Below are positions 25,020-39,700 of a stretch of DNA of 64,000 nucleotides, piece by piece. This stretch comes from Chrysomallon squamiferum (taxonomy: Eukaryota > Animalia > Mollusca), in NCBI GenBank assembly GCA_012295275.1, contig CM022678.1:3782001-3846000 (forward strand), given 5' to 3'. Numbering within the stretch: position 1 is the first letter of the stretch; the number at the start of each line of letters is the position of its first letter. The notes under the pieces were generated by a model. That model did not search any database. It was not told the origin of the DNA and saw nothing but the letters and a program-made list of their open reading frames with translations. The position numbers and the translations under genes were made by a program.

Positions 25020-26341
25020 ATAAACACTTGTAAAACATTAAAGTGTTATTTTCTAATTCGTTCCTACGTGACTAAAACTCAGGTTAAGTATTTTAAATAT
25101 GTACATGTCTGGATCAAGTGACGATGATCTCATCTCAGTGTTACACGACCCTGACTAGTGAGCTTGTTGATTTTAAAATCTAACGACAGAGTAAAATGAG
25201 AGAATTAGTAATAAAGTTTTCATTCTCCAACATTTACCAAATCAGTATATGTCGTACTATTTGATTTAATTTCTTAATTCATCATAATAATGTAAGTTAA
25301 TAAATAATTTCATTTAATGAAAACAAGAAAATTATTTTAATCTTTTCAAAATTAATAAAGTAATAGGTTAATTTCTATATACTTATTTGGTATAATACCA
25401 TTCATACTATTAATTTCTTTATTAATTTGTCATGTTCTTCTTTCTCAAATTACACTTGTCTATAAATAACCTAAAGTCAATGTCAAACGTCTCAGAGTCA
25501 TGGGGTATCTCGCTCCGTTTATTTCGGGTACAGTAAATCCAGTTGCATACACGGGGCTTGACCTCTCACTTGATCGTGGCCTTCTAATTTTTTTCATTTT
25601 ATTTTAGGTTATTTGATATGCGTACGTTATTGTCTGTCTACCTAGGTGTATGTTTTGTGCAGTTCCTGTATATCCTTCTGTGTTTTAAATAGCATAAAAC
25701 AAACAAAGACACTAATAATTAATCCATAAACAACGAAAAACATGATGGTGATGTGATGATGATGATGATCATGGTAATAATAATAATAATAATAACGATA
25801 ATAACGAGAAGAAATAACAAGGGCAACAACTACAACAACAACAACAACAACAATAATGAAATTAAGTTTAACACTAAACCCTGAAAACTGAGCTGCTGTT
25901 TGAGAGGGAGCACCTGACACTATCAGTAATATTATCTTCAATACCCGTGTAATGACCCTTTTCTGTTTTCTTACAACGAGTTTAAGTAAACAGGTTTCAA
26001 ATTCTCCTTGTTTACAACTCAACCGTGAACTCGAGAAACTTGCGATCTAAGTATCTATGCATGTACTGCTCACAGTAAGAAAAGCAATAATAATAACCAC
26101 AGTAACAATAACAGTGATAATAATAACAATGACAACAACAACAACAACAAAAATAACGAAGTGAAGTTTGACATTAAAACCAGACAGTATTAGCTACATT
26201 ATCTTCAATACCCGTGTAACAATATTTTTCTATTCTCTAACAATGAGTGTAAGTAAACAGTTGTTTACAATTCAACTGTGAACATGATTAACCTGCGATC
26301 TGTCTAGCTCTCTGGAAATGTATTACAGATAGTGAAAAAGA

Positions 26342-26392
<51 letters not shown>

Positions 26393-26982
26393 TATACTAA
26401 TAATAATAACTATACTAATAAAAATATTAATAACAATAACAATACCAGCAACAATACTGATGATAATAATAAAAGTTTAAGTTCGCAGTACTGCTGTCTG
26501 TTTTATAATCTAAATAAAGGAGAAAAATCAAGAAAAAGCTTTTCTTTCTTTGTAATAGACTATACAGCAGATAAAGCACTGGCTTCCACAACGGAATTAT
26601 TCATATATCCTTTCTCCTATCGATAATTTCAGTTAATCGACAATGATAATGATAGTGACAATCACTTTATTATCATAAACTGCAGAATTGTAGTGCAGAG
26701 AAGATAACAGATATATAATAAAAAATATAAACATATTTAAAAAATGTTTGGGAATTTGTTTTAATTTCTTCATCAAGGCTCATGACAATATTCTGCAGGG
26801 TTCCTTTGGCTATGCCTATGATAGTTTAAACGTCTGTTGTTTAGTAAAAGATAGTGAGTCTTCAAATGCACGTCTGACATAGCGGGTATTTGATGTATTT
26901 TTTTGTGTGCATGTGTTACGAAGTAAAGTGTTACTGTAGGTGTGGAAAGCAACAGATGTAGAATATGTTGTTACGTAAATGC

Positions 26983-27024
<42 letters not shown>

Positions 27025-27738
27025 TGTTATTATGATTATTATTATGCGCACCTTCGGAACACCAGACTGACTGTCCGATATGAGTTTGGGCAATGATAGA
27101 GATTACATACACATAATAAACTATTATAAAAAAAGAAAAAGAAAAAAAAAGAACGATCACACTGGCTGCTCAATATATTTTCAAACAGGACAAATTTAAT
27201 TCTGTAATAAAAAAACATAATAAACACTTGTAAATCAATAAATTCTGTTACTTTTTAATTCGTTCCTACGTGACAAAGCTCACGTTAAGTATTTTAAATA
27301 TGTACATGTCTAGATCAAGTGACGATGTTCAGATCTCAGTGTTACATGACCCTGACTAGTGAGCTTGTTTATTTTAAAATCTAACGACAGAGTAAACAGA
27401 GAATTAGTAATAGTTTTCATTCTCCAACATTTACCAAATCGGTATATGTCGTACTATTTGATTTAATTTCTTAATTCATCATAATAATGTAAGTTAATAA
27501 ATAATTTCTTTTAATGAAAACAAGAAAATTAACAATAAAATTACTTTAATCTTTCATGATTCCTTGTCAAAATTAATAAAGTGATAGGTTAATTTCTGTA
27601 TACTTAGTTGGTATAAATATAATCTAATATGAGCTGTAACTCGAAAAGGCTAAAGTGGGTATTCGCTAAATTTATTTTGGAAATGTTTCTTTCTTACAGT
27701 CTTCTCTTTTTTTTGGTTGTATGTGTATGTATTTATAA

Positions 27739-27776
<38 letters not shown>

Positions 27777-28500
27777 ATAGCTATATCGATATATTATATA
27801 TATAGATATACACAAACACAGAGAAAAAGCTAGGTATTTTGCAGCTACTGTGGTTTTAGCATTAATTTCTCCATATAAAACACAACATAGAAAAGAAACA
27901 GAAAGTAATTTCATATTAACATTCATTTCTTTATAGTTGTCATCTTCTTCATTCTCATCCTTTTCTCAAATTACAGTTATCTATAAATAACCTTAAGTTG
28001 ACGTCTTCTCTTGTGTTTGGTTGTATGTGTATGTATTTATATATATGTGTGTGTGTGTGTGTGGCTAGATAGATATGTCTCATAATCATGGGGTACCTCG
28101 GTCCGTTTATTTCGGGTACAGTGTATTTATTTTCGCTAAAATGTATCCTGTTGCATACACGGGGATTAACATCTTCCTTGATCAGGACCTTCATTTCGTT
28201 ATATTTAGTTTTTTTGTGTATGTTTGCATGTTATTGTTCTGAAAATAAGTTTTCATTCTCAAAATTTACCAAATCAGTTTATATCGTACTGTTTGATTTA
28301 ATTTCTTAATTCATCGCAATAATGTAATTTAATAAATAATTTCATTTAATCAAAACAAGAAAATTAACAATAAAATTGCATTAATCTTTCATGAGTCCTT
28401 GTCAAAATTAAGAAAGTAATAGGTTAATTTCTATATATTTATTTGGTATAAATATAATCTAATATGAGCTGTAACTTAAAAAGGCTAAAGTGGGCATTCT
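25020..28500 (+). repeat. Locally repeated ~350-400 bp non-coding module (25020-25400, 27220-27620, partial 28240-28500; third copy 48290-48575)
   Basis: Shared taattcgttcctacgtgac...gttaagtatttt...catgtctagatcaagtgacgat...gagcttg...ttttaaaatctaacgacagag. 26870-27530 also aligns with 47700-48575. Confidence 0.8.
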
Positions 28501-28599
28501 TATATTTATTTTGCAATTGTTTCTTGCTATAGTCTAAGTTTAGTCTAATGATTAAACATATAAACGTTTTAAAAAAGGAATAACTGTATAGATTCAATG

Positions 28600-28653
<54 letters not shown>

Positions 28654-30741
28654 ATAATAATAATAATAAAAAGAAAAAGAAAAAGAAAAGCGAGTTTTAT
28701 TTCCTTATTCGGTATATGACAATAAAATAATTGTATGAAAAATATTAATTGTATATAATATATAATTAAAAAAAAATATTTGCATCAGAGTAATACAAAA
28801 ATATACATAAACTGAGTCTTTTCATACATTGTTTCTGTATGTATCCGTCACATAATCAGCAAAGGCTACAACATTACACAATACTTTTTTCTTTGATTTC
28901 TGTTTTGCATAATTGTAAAACAAACAACAGTATATTAAAACTGAAGTACTAAATAAAGTGTCTTCATTCATCAGTACTCCATAAATAATAATAAATAATA
29001 ATAATATTAATAATAATAACAACAATAAAGTGTTAATACTTGACTGAATTTAAAAAATCAAACATTACACCAGAGGAAAAAAAAAAAAAAATTAAACATA
29101 AAAATTAAAAAAAAAATTAAAAAAATCAGTAATAAATAATATCATACCTAAACTAATTTCTGCAATGAAACAGATTAAAAATATATAACATTTATACAAT
29201 ACAATCACTTAATATAATTTAAGGACCATCATATGACCCAAATAGAAATTAGTAATCATACTACTAATAATGATAAATCAGTAATTATAAAGAAAAACAA
29301 AACATTGTTCAATAATAATTATAAAAAATAGCAATTTAATAATAAAAAAAAGTAATATGAATACAAAATCTTTTTAATTCAATTAAAAAAAAAATGTATA
29401 TTTTGTATCAAATAATTTCTTCCATGAAAGAAACATCAAGTCGCACGCACCCACCCTCCCACACACACACACACATACAGACTAAAAAATATTCCCAATT
29501 TAAACTTAAATTTGCTTCATTAAATATTTAATATTTTACAATTATTAAATAAATAAATAAATGTAAACATTATTAACTAAAAATATTCCTAATTTAAAAT
29601 TACATCAACTTTATTAATTATTCACTATTTTATAATTATTAAAGACATATGTACACATATTTTTAGTTAATAATTTCTAATTTAAACTTAAATTTAATTG
29701 ATTGATTATTCACTATTTGATAATTATTAAAAAGATAAATGGAAGCCTTATTAAATACAAATTTAAACTTGTATTTACTTTATTATTAGTTTATAATTAT
29801 TAAACAGATTATATATCTATCTATCTATACATATTTTATTAACGAAAAATATTCAAATTTGAAACTTACATTTACTGATTATTTAGAGCTTCCTAATGAA
29901 AACTTTGAGTGTCGTAACCTCATTTCCTAATTATATATATATTAATAATGATTAAAAATGAAATGAAAATTTCTTAAAGATTTATAAAGAGGCATTATAA
30001 TATTTCTTATTACATACAAGAAATGACAGACTATACAATATGGTAATACAATGTTTGTATAGAAACAGAAACTACACCATACATTAATACATTAGAATAT
30101 AAATAGCAGAGGACACAGTACAGTAATTCAGTATCTGATTAGAAAACATTTACAGTTATCTAGATATACATCAGACTAAACAGCAATGGAGTTACACAAA
30201 CTTACACTGGATTTAATTCTTCATCACAATGGATTTGTTCACTAATTGTATTTTGAAAATGCTGTCTGGCTAATATATCAATAATTATACCTCTGAATTC
30301 AAAAGCTAAAACTGTATTTAACACACAATTAAATACACTGCCACATCATTACATTAAAAGTAGGCATAAATGAAATGGTTCAAAATGAAACTATGTAAGA
30401 AGTCAATATGTTTCAAGATGAAGTACAAAATTAAGATTAAAAAATTCATTTCTTCTCAGTAATTACTGTTCATTATCAACATCAATTTAATACATAAATA
30501 TTATTTCTGCCCTAATTTAAAATGTTCTCACCCGATAATCTTCCACTTAAAACAACAGTCTGTGTACATGACGTACTTAAATTGAAAACTTCAGGAGGTG
30601 TAAATCAATATTTATCTACTGTTATCATTAGCACCAGGAAACATATAACAGTTTCTTTGTTGTTACAAAGAAATCTGAAACTCTTAGATTTATCAAGCGG
30701 AATTTCTCTGGGAATATCATTTACATGAACACCATTTTTAA

Positions 30742-33700
30742 TCAGTATTCTGGAAATCTCCACATTTCACCGTTGCTATCTATGAAACTGAATCCACCTA
30801 TAATGCTTTTAATATTTGCATCAATACCTTTTTCAAGCAGCACTTTCAAAATTTCTACATTTGCACGTTGAGCAGCTAAATGTGAAAGAGACTTGTCGTC
30901 TTTGTCAGTTATATTAGGATCGGCTCCATGTTCCAATAAATACAAAACTGCATCATTCTGTCCATTCTCAAGAGCTGTAAACAGAGGAGACTTACCAGTA
31001 CTATTTTTAATATTTACATCAACACCTTCTCCAACCACTGCTGCCAAAACTTCTACATTTCCAAGTGCAGCTGCATGGTGCAAAACAGAATTGTTATCTT
31101 CGTCTCTTAAATTAGGATCTGCTCCCTGTTCCAATAAATACAAAATAACTTTATTCTGTCCACATTTAACAGCTCTAAGAAGAGGAGTTTCACACCGACT
31201 GTTTTTTATATTTACATCAAGATGTTTTTCAATCAGTGCTTTCACTATTTCTATATTTCCTTTTTCAGCTGCTAGGTGTAAAACAGAATTGTTATAGTTG
31301 TCTGTTAACTTAGGATCAGTTCCATGTTCCAGTAGATATAAAACTACTTTACATTTTTCATCATTCAGAGATGGATCAATTTCATCTTCATCATAAACAA
31401 CAGCTCTAAAAAGAGGAATTTCACCTTCAGTGTTTTTATTATTTACATCAACACCTTTTTCAATTAGTGCTGTTACAATTTCTAGATTTCCACATTCAGC
31501 TGCTAAATGTAAAACAGAATTTTTATCATTGTCTGTTAAATTAGGATCAGCTCCATGTTGTAGTAAATAAAAAATTACTTCACACTTTTCATCATTCAGA
31601 GATAGATCAAGCTCATCTTCATCATAATTAAGGGCTGTAAAAAGTGGAGTTTCACCACGACCGTTTTTTATATTTACATCAACACCTTTTTCAATCAGTG
31701 CTGTCACGGTTGCTATATTTCCTTCTTTAGCTGCTATGTGTAAAACAGAATTAACACACTTAGTTAAATAAGGATCAGCTCCATGTTCCACTAAATAGAA
31801 AACTACTTTACATTTTTCATCATTCAGAGATAGATCAAGTTCATCTTCATCATAACTAAGAGCCATAAAAAGAGCAGTTTCACCTCGACAGTTTTTAATA
31901 TTTACATCAATACCTTTTTCAATCAGTGCTGTCACAGTTTCTAAATTTCCTTCTTTAGCTGATAAGTGCAAAACAGAATGGCTAACATTGCCTATTAAAT
32001 TAGGATCACCTCCATGTTCCAGCAAATACAAAACTACTTTACATTTTTCATCAGTGAGAGATAGATCAAATTCCTCTTCATCATAATTAAGAGCTGTAAA
32101 AAGAGGAGTTTCATCTCCATTGTTTTTTATATTTACATCAACACCTTTTTCAATCACTGCTGTCACAATTTCTAGATTTCCATCTTTAGCTGCTACATGC
32201 AAAACAGAATTTTTATCATTGTCTGTTAAATTGGGATCAGCTCGATTTTCCAGTAAATACAAAACAAGTTTATTCTGTTTACACATAACACCTGTAAAAA
32301 GAGGAGTTTCACCTTTACTGTTTTTAATATTAACATCAGAATCTTTTTCAAAGAGTGCAGACACAATTTCTACATTTCCAAGTTTAGCTGCTAGATGTAA
32401 AACAGAATTCTTATCATTGTCTGTTAAATTAGGATCAGCACCATGTTCCATTAAACAGAAAACTACTTTATTCTGTTTATACTTAACACCAGTAAGAACA
32501 GGAGTTTCACCTTTGTTGTTTTTAATATTGACATTATCAGATTTTTTAATCACTGCTGTCACAATTTCTATATTTCCATGTTTAGCTGCTATGTGTAAAA
32601 CAGAATTGTTATGATTATCTGTTACATTAGGATCCACTCCACCTTCCAGTAAATACAACACTATTTTATTCTGTTTATACTTAACACCTGTAAGAAGAGG
32701 AGTTTCACCTTTATTGTTTTTAATATTTACATCAACGCCTTTTTTAATCAGTGCTGTGACAATTTCTGTATTTCCATGTTTAGCTGCTAGGTATAAAACA
32801 GAATTGTTATCATTGTCTGTTAAATTAGGATCAGATCCATGTTCCATTAAACAGAAAACTATTTTATTCTGTTTATACTTAACAGCTGTAAGAAGAGGAG
32901 TTTCACCTTTGCTGTTTTTAATATTTACATCAGCATTTTTTTCAATAAGTGCTTTCACAATTTCTAACTTTCTACCTTTAGCAGCTAGGTGTAAAACAGA
33001 ATTCTTAACTTCGTCTGTTAAATTAGGATCAGCTTTATGTTCCAGTAAACATAAAACTACTTTATTCTGTTCATGCATAATACTTGTAAAAAGAGGAGTT
33101 TCACCTTTATAGTTTTTTATATTTACATCAACACCTTTTTCAATCAGTGCTGTAACAGTCGGTCTATTTCCCAGTTTAGCTGCTACGTGTAAAACAGAAT
33201 TGTTAACACAGTTACATAAGTTAGGATCAGCGCCATGTTCTAATAAATACAAAACTACTTTACATTTTTCATTATTTTGAGACAGATCAATATGATCCTC
33301 ATCATAATTAAGAGCTGTAAAAAGGGGAGTTTCACCTCGACTGTTTTTTATATTTATATCAACACCTTTTTCAATCAGTGCGGTCACAGTTTCTATATTT
33401 CCTTCTTTAGCTGCTAAATGCAAAACAGAATTGCAAACGTTGTCTATTAAATCAGAATCACCTCCATGTTCCATTAAATACAAAACTACTTTACGTTTTT
33501 CATCAAACAGAGATAGATCAAATTCATCTTCACCATAATTAAAAGCTGCAAAAAGAGGAGTTTTACCTCTACAGTTTTTAATATTCACACCAAAACCATT
33601 TTCAATCAGTAGTGTCACAATTTCTGCATTTCCACATTCAGCCGCAAAGTGTAAAACAGAACTGTTATCACTGTCAGTTAAACTAGAGTCAGCTCCATGT

Positions 33701-36700
33701 TCCAGTAAATACATAACTACTTCATTGTTCTTACTATTTACAGCTCTCAAAAGAGCAGTTTCACCTCTACTGTTTTTAACATTTACATCAAAAACTTTCT
33801 CAATCAATACTGTCACAATTTCTATATTACCATTTTTAGCTACTAGATGTAAAACAGAATTGTTATTATTGTCTGTTAAATTAGGATCAGCTCCTAGTTC
33901 CAGTAAATAGAAAAAAACTTGACATTTTTCATCATCCAGAGTTGTATCAAATTCATCTTCTTCATAACTAACAGCTGTAAAAAGAGGAGTTTCACCTCTG
34001 CAGTTTCTAATATTTACATCTACACCTTTTCCAGTCAGTGCTGCCACAATTTCTTTATTTCCATGTTTAGCTGCTAGGTGTAAAACAGAATTGTTATCAT
34101 TGTCTGTCAAATTAGGATCAGCTCCATGTTCCAGTAAATACAAAACTACTTTCATCTCACAAGTGTCACATTTGTAAGAATTGCAGTATTTCATAGCTGC
34201 AAAAAGAGGAGTTTCATCTCGACTATTTTTAATATTTATATCAAAACCTTTTTGAATCAGTTCTGTCACAATTTTTATATTTCCACATTCAGCTGCTGAG
34301 TGTAAAAGAGAATTGTTATCACTGTCTGTTATATTAGAATCAGCTCCGTGTTCTAGCAGATAAAAAAACACTTTGTTCTGTTTATACTTAACAGCTTTAA
34401 AAAGAGGAGTTTCACTTCGACAGTTTTTCATATTTACATCAACACCTTTTTCAATCACTGCTGTCACAATTTCTATATTTCCATGTTTAGCTGCTAGGTG
34501 TAAAACAGAATTCTTATTATTGTCTGTTAAATTAGGATCAGCTCCATGTTCCAGTAAATAAAAAAATACTTCACATTTGTCATCATTCAGGTATGGATCA
34601 AATTCATCTTCATCATAATTAAGAGCTGTAAAAAGAGGAGTTTCACGTTGACTGTTTTTAATATTTATATCAACATTTTCTCTAACCAATGCAGCCACAA
34701 TTTCTTTATATCCATGTTCAGCTGCTATATGTAAAACAGAATTGTTATGATTGTCTGTTAAATTAGGATCAGCTCCATGTTTCAGTAAATACAAAACCAC
34801 TTGACATATTTCATCATTTAGAGATAAATCAAATTCCCCTTCATCGTAACTAACAGCTGTAAAAAGAGGAGTTTCACCTCCACTGTTTTTTATATTTACA
34901 TCAACACCACCTTCAATCAGTGCGGTGACAATTTCTTTATATCCATGTTTAGCTGCTATATGTAAAACAGAATTGTTATCATTGTCTGTTAAATTAGGAT
35001 CAGCTCCATGTTCCAGTAAATAGAAAACTACTTTGATTTGTTTAGACTGCACAGCTGTAAAAAGAGGAGTTTCACCTATATCGTTTTCAATGTTTAGATC
35101 AACAGCTTTTTCAGTCAGTGCTGTCACAATTTCTGTATTTCCACATTCAGCTGCTAGATGTAAAACAGAATTGTTATCATTGTCTGTTAAATGAGGATCA
35201 GCTTCATGTTCCAGTAAATAAAATACTATTTTGCTTCTAAGAAAGTTGATATCTTCATGTTTGTCAAAATCATACCTATAATAATTCAAAGTTGTAAAAA
35301 GAGGAGTTCCACCGTCACTGTCTCTAATATTTACATCAAAACCTTTCTGAATCAGTGATGCAACAATTTCTATATATCCTTTAGCAGCTGCTATGTGTAA
35401 AACAGATGTGTTATCATTGTCTGTTAAATAAGGATCAGCTCCATGTTCCAGTAAATATAAAACTACTTTATTCTGTTTACACTTAACAGCTTTAAAAAGA
35501 GGAGTTTCACCTTTATAGTTTTTTATATTTACATCAACACCTTTTTCAATCAGTGCTGTAACAGTCGGTCTATTTCCCAGTTTAGCTGCTACGTGTAAAA
35601 CAGAATTGTTAACACAGTTACATAAGTTAGGATCAGCGCCATGTTCTAATAAATACAAAACTACTTTACATTTTTCATTATTTTGAGACAGATCAATATG
35701 ATCCTCATCATAATTAAGAGCTGTAAAAAGGGGAGTTTCACCTCGACTGTTTTTTATATTTATATCAACACCTTTTTCAATCAGTGCTGTAACAGTCGGT
35801 CTATTTCCCAGTTTAGCTGCTACGTGTAAAACAGAATTGTTAACACAGTTACATAAGTTAGGATCAGCGCCATGTTCTAATAAATACAAAACTACTTTAC
35901 ATTTTTCATTATTTTGAGACAGATCAATATGATCCTCATCATAATTAAGAGCTATAAATAGGGGAGTTTCACCTCGACTGTTTTTTTTATTTATATCAAC
36001 ACCTTTTTCAATCAGTGCTGTCACAACTTCTATATTTCCTTGTTTTGCAGCTAGATGTAAAACAGAATTTTTATCATTGTCTGTTAAATTAAGATCGGCT
36101 CCATGTTCCAGAAAATAGAAAATTATTTTGTTCATAAAAGAGTCATTGCGAAAATTATATTTGATATAATTCATAGCTGTAAAAAGAGGAGTTTCACTTC
36201 GATTGTTTTTAATATTTACATCAACACCTTTTTCAATCAGTGCTGTCACAATTTCTATCTTTTCTGCATCAGTTGCTAAGTGTAAAACAGAATTGTTGTC
36301 ATTTTCTGTTAAATTAGGATCAGCTCCATGTTCCAGTAAATAAAGCACTACTTTGTACTGATCATTCTCAACAGCTTTAAAAAGAGGAGTTTCACCTCGA
36401 CTGTTTTTAATATTTATATCAAAATCTTTTCCAATCAGTGAAGTCACAATTTCTATATTTCCTTGTTCAGCTGCTAAGTGTAAAACAGAACTGTCGATAC
36501 TGTCTGTTAATTTAGGATCAGCTCCATGATCTATTAAATACAAAACTACTTTTGTATTACGATGTCTAAAAATGTCGTATTTGCAGTAACTCATAGCTGT
36601 AAAAACAGGAGTTTTACCTCCACTGTTTTTAATATTTACATCAAAATATTTTTCAATCAGTGCTGTTACAATTTCTATATTTCCATGTTTAGCTGCTTGG

Positions 36701-39700
36701 TGTAATAGAGAATTGCTATCATTGTCAGTTAAATTGGGATCAGCTCCGTGTTCTAGTAAATAGAAAACTACTTTGTTCTTACAACAGTACATATCTCGAT
36801 CTTTGAGAACATGATAATGATAGTAAGTCGTAGCTCTAAACAGAGGAGTTTCACCTCGACAGTTTCTAATATTAACATCAAGACCTTTCTCAATCAGTGC
36901 TGTCACAATTTCTATATTTCCATTTTCAGCTGCTAGGTGTAAAACAGAATTATTTTTTTTGTCTGTTAAATTAGGATCAGATCCATGTTCAAGTAAATAA
37001 AAAGGTACTTTGTTCGTAAATCCATAACAAAGAATACCAAAGTAATTCAGGGCTGTAAAAAGAGGAGTTTCCCCTCGAATGTTTTTACTATTAACATCAA
37101 AACCTTTTTCAGTCAGTGCTGTCACAAGTTCTATATTTCCCCATTTAGCTGCTAGGTGTAAAACAGAATTGTTTTCTTTGTCTGTTAAATTAGGATCAGC
37201 TCCATGTTCAAGTAAATTAAAAGCTAGTTTGTTGATATGAGAGTACGTACCTGGATGTATGAAAAACTGTTGATTGAAGTAGTCCAGAGCTCTAAAAAGA
37301 GGAGTTTCTCCTTGGCTGTTTTTAATATTGACTTCAAAACATTTTTCCGTCAGTGCTGTCACAATTTCTGTATTTCCATGTTCAGCTGCTATATGTAAAG
37401 CAGAATTGTTATAGTTGTCTGTTAAATGAGGATCAGCTCCATGTTCCAGTAAAAATAAAACTACTTTGCTCTCTCCAACCTGAACAGCTGTATGAAGAGG
37501 AGATAGACCTTCACTGTTTTTAATATTTATATCCAAATCATTGTCAATCAGTGATGTCACAATTTCTATATTTCCTTCTTCAGCTGCTAAGTGTAAAACA
37601 GAATTATTATCATTGTCTGTTAAATTAGGATCAGCTCCATGTTCTACTAAATACAAAACTATCTTGTTCTGTTTATAAGTAACAGCTGTAAACAGAGGAG
37701 TTTCACCTCGATTATTTTTAATATTTACATCAAAATCTTTTTCAATGAGTGATGTCACAATTTCTATATTTCCATGTTTAGCTGCTAGATGTAAAACATA
37801 ATTGCTATCATTATTTATCAAATTAGGATCAGCTCCATGTTCCAGTAAATATAAAACTACTTTGTCCTGTTTATGCTTAACAGCTGTAAAAAGAGGAGTT
37901 TCACCTCTACTGTTTTTAATATTTACTTCCAGACCTTTTTCAATGAGTACTGTCACAATTTCTACATTTTGATGTTGAGCTGCTAAATGAAAAACAGAAT
38001 TTTTATCATTATCTGCTAAATTAGGATCAGCTCCATGTTGTAGTAAATATAAAGCTATTTCTGGTCTGTTGTTGAACATAGACTGAAAAAGAGGAGTTTC
38101 CCCTTTAGTGTTAATTGCATTTATTTCAACATCCTTTTTTATTACTTCTTTCACCACGTCTATGTCAATCTGAGATGCTATGTGCAATGCTGAATTCTTT
38201 TGTTTATCTGCTATGTTAGTATCAGCACCATTTTTCAGTAACAACAAAGCTACTTCCTTTTTGTGTGTCACTGCTTTTACAGCTTCATGAAGTGGAGTTT
38301 CTCCCTCACTGTTTACAGCATTAACATCAGCTTTTCTCTTTATCAGTGATTTTATCATATCTAAGTCACCACGCTGAACTGAAATGTGGAGGGGTGTGTC
38401 TGAAGGCAACAATTTCAAACTAGTTTTGTCAGCAAACAACACTTTTGATTTAATTTCCTCTTCAGAGAACTGAATCAATTTCTGGTTAACAGCTACATTC
38501 AGATTAGGATCAGCTCCTTTATCAAGAAGACACTGAACAACATCTGCACTGTTAAAGATCAATGCCACTTTCAGTACTTGACTTTTCTTCCAGCTGTTCT
38601 CATCTGTGTAATTACATCTCTGCTCAATGAGAAAATTCACTGTATCACAACATCCCCAAATTGCTGCTGCTAAAAGTACTTTATCTCTGTTCTCATCATT
38701 TAAACAATCAGGTTTCAGTCTTACTATTTCTTTTATAACACTTGAAGTACTCTGACCAGCAGCAATGACAGCAATGTCTTTAATTTTGTTTATTATATCA
38801 ATGGTAACCAGTTTCTTAAAAGCATGGCTTATGTCAGCAACTTTAATAGTATCTGAGTTTTCCAAACACATGTTACTTGATTGAAAATTAACTTTTCTGT
38901 GGAACCTAAGCAATAAAAGTTTTACATTTTCTTCCTTGATTTCACTGTTGTGTTTCTCATTGTTTATCATGTCAGCCAAGAGGCAGGCAATGTTCATGTT
39001 ACCTGAACAAATACAAATATGTAACAAGTGTGAACACAGATTCAATTTTACCACTTTTTTATACTGTAACAGTTCTCTGAGTATGGTAGCACTGTCTGTT
39101 TTTGAGCAAGCAGCTGCACTGAATGTATCAAATGTTGGAATAACACCTGATTTTAGCAACATTCTCACAACAGGTTCATCACCAAAGAAACAAGAAATAT
39201 CCAAAAGTTCTTTTTTCTGATATGCTAATTTCATTTTACACAGATTTGATGTGAAAAATCTTGACAATGTTCTTAGTCCACCAACAACGCACATACTTGC
39301 AACAGATGATGAATACATCAAACTTCCTTTATCTTCCAAATACCTCATGCAACTTGAATGAAACTTTGATTGATTGTCAAGAAGACATAAAATATTGCTA
39401 AATATTTCATTAGGACTGTTTACATATACAGATGATATATAAAAGTATTTGTTTGTATATATTCTCTGATGCAGTATTTCAGACAACCTACCATAAAAGT
39501 GTTTTTCCTCTATGAGGTACTTTACAAACTGTTCGTCTTTCAGTGATGGATGTGAAATAATTTCTGCGGAAGTGTCTGATGCCAGCAAGTCTGAAAATCT
39601 GCGAGCAAGAACATCAAAGCAGTCAGGTTTCACAGTCATTGTAATGTGACTTTTGTTAGACACTCCAGGCGTCACAACATATTCTAACAACATGGAGACA

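Noticed and set aside
25930-26300. Short local duplications (also 47010-47650, 53320-53560, 59905-60090)
   Set aside because: Ordinary degenerate two- or three-copy duplications with no coding or structural signal.
30893-34561. Plus-strand ORFs inside the ankyrin exon
   Set aside because: Antisense shadows of a repetitive coding frame.
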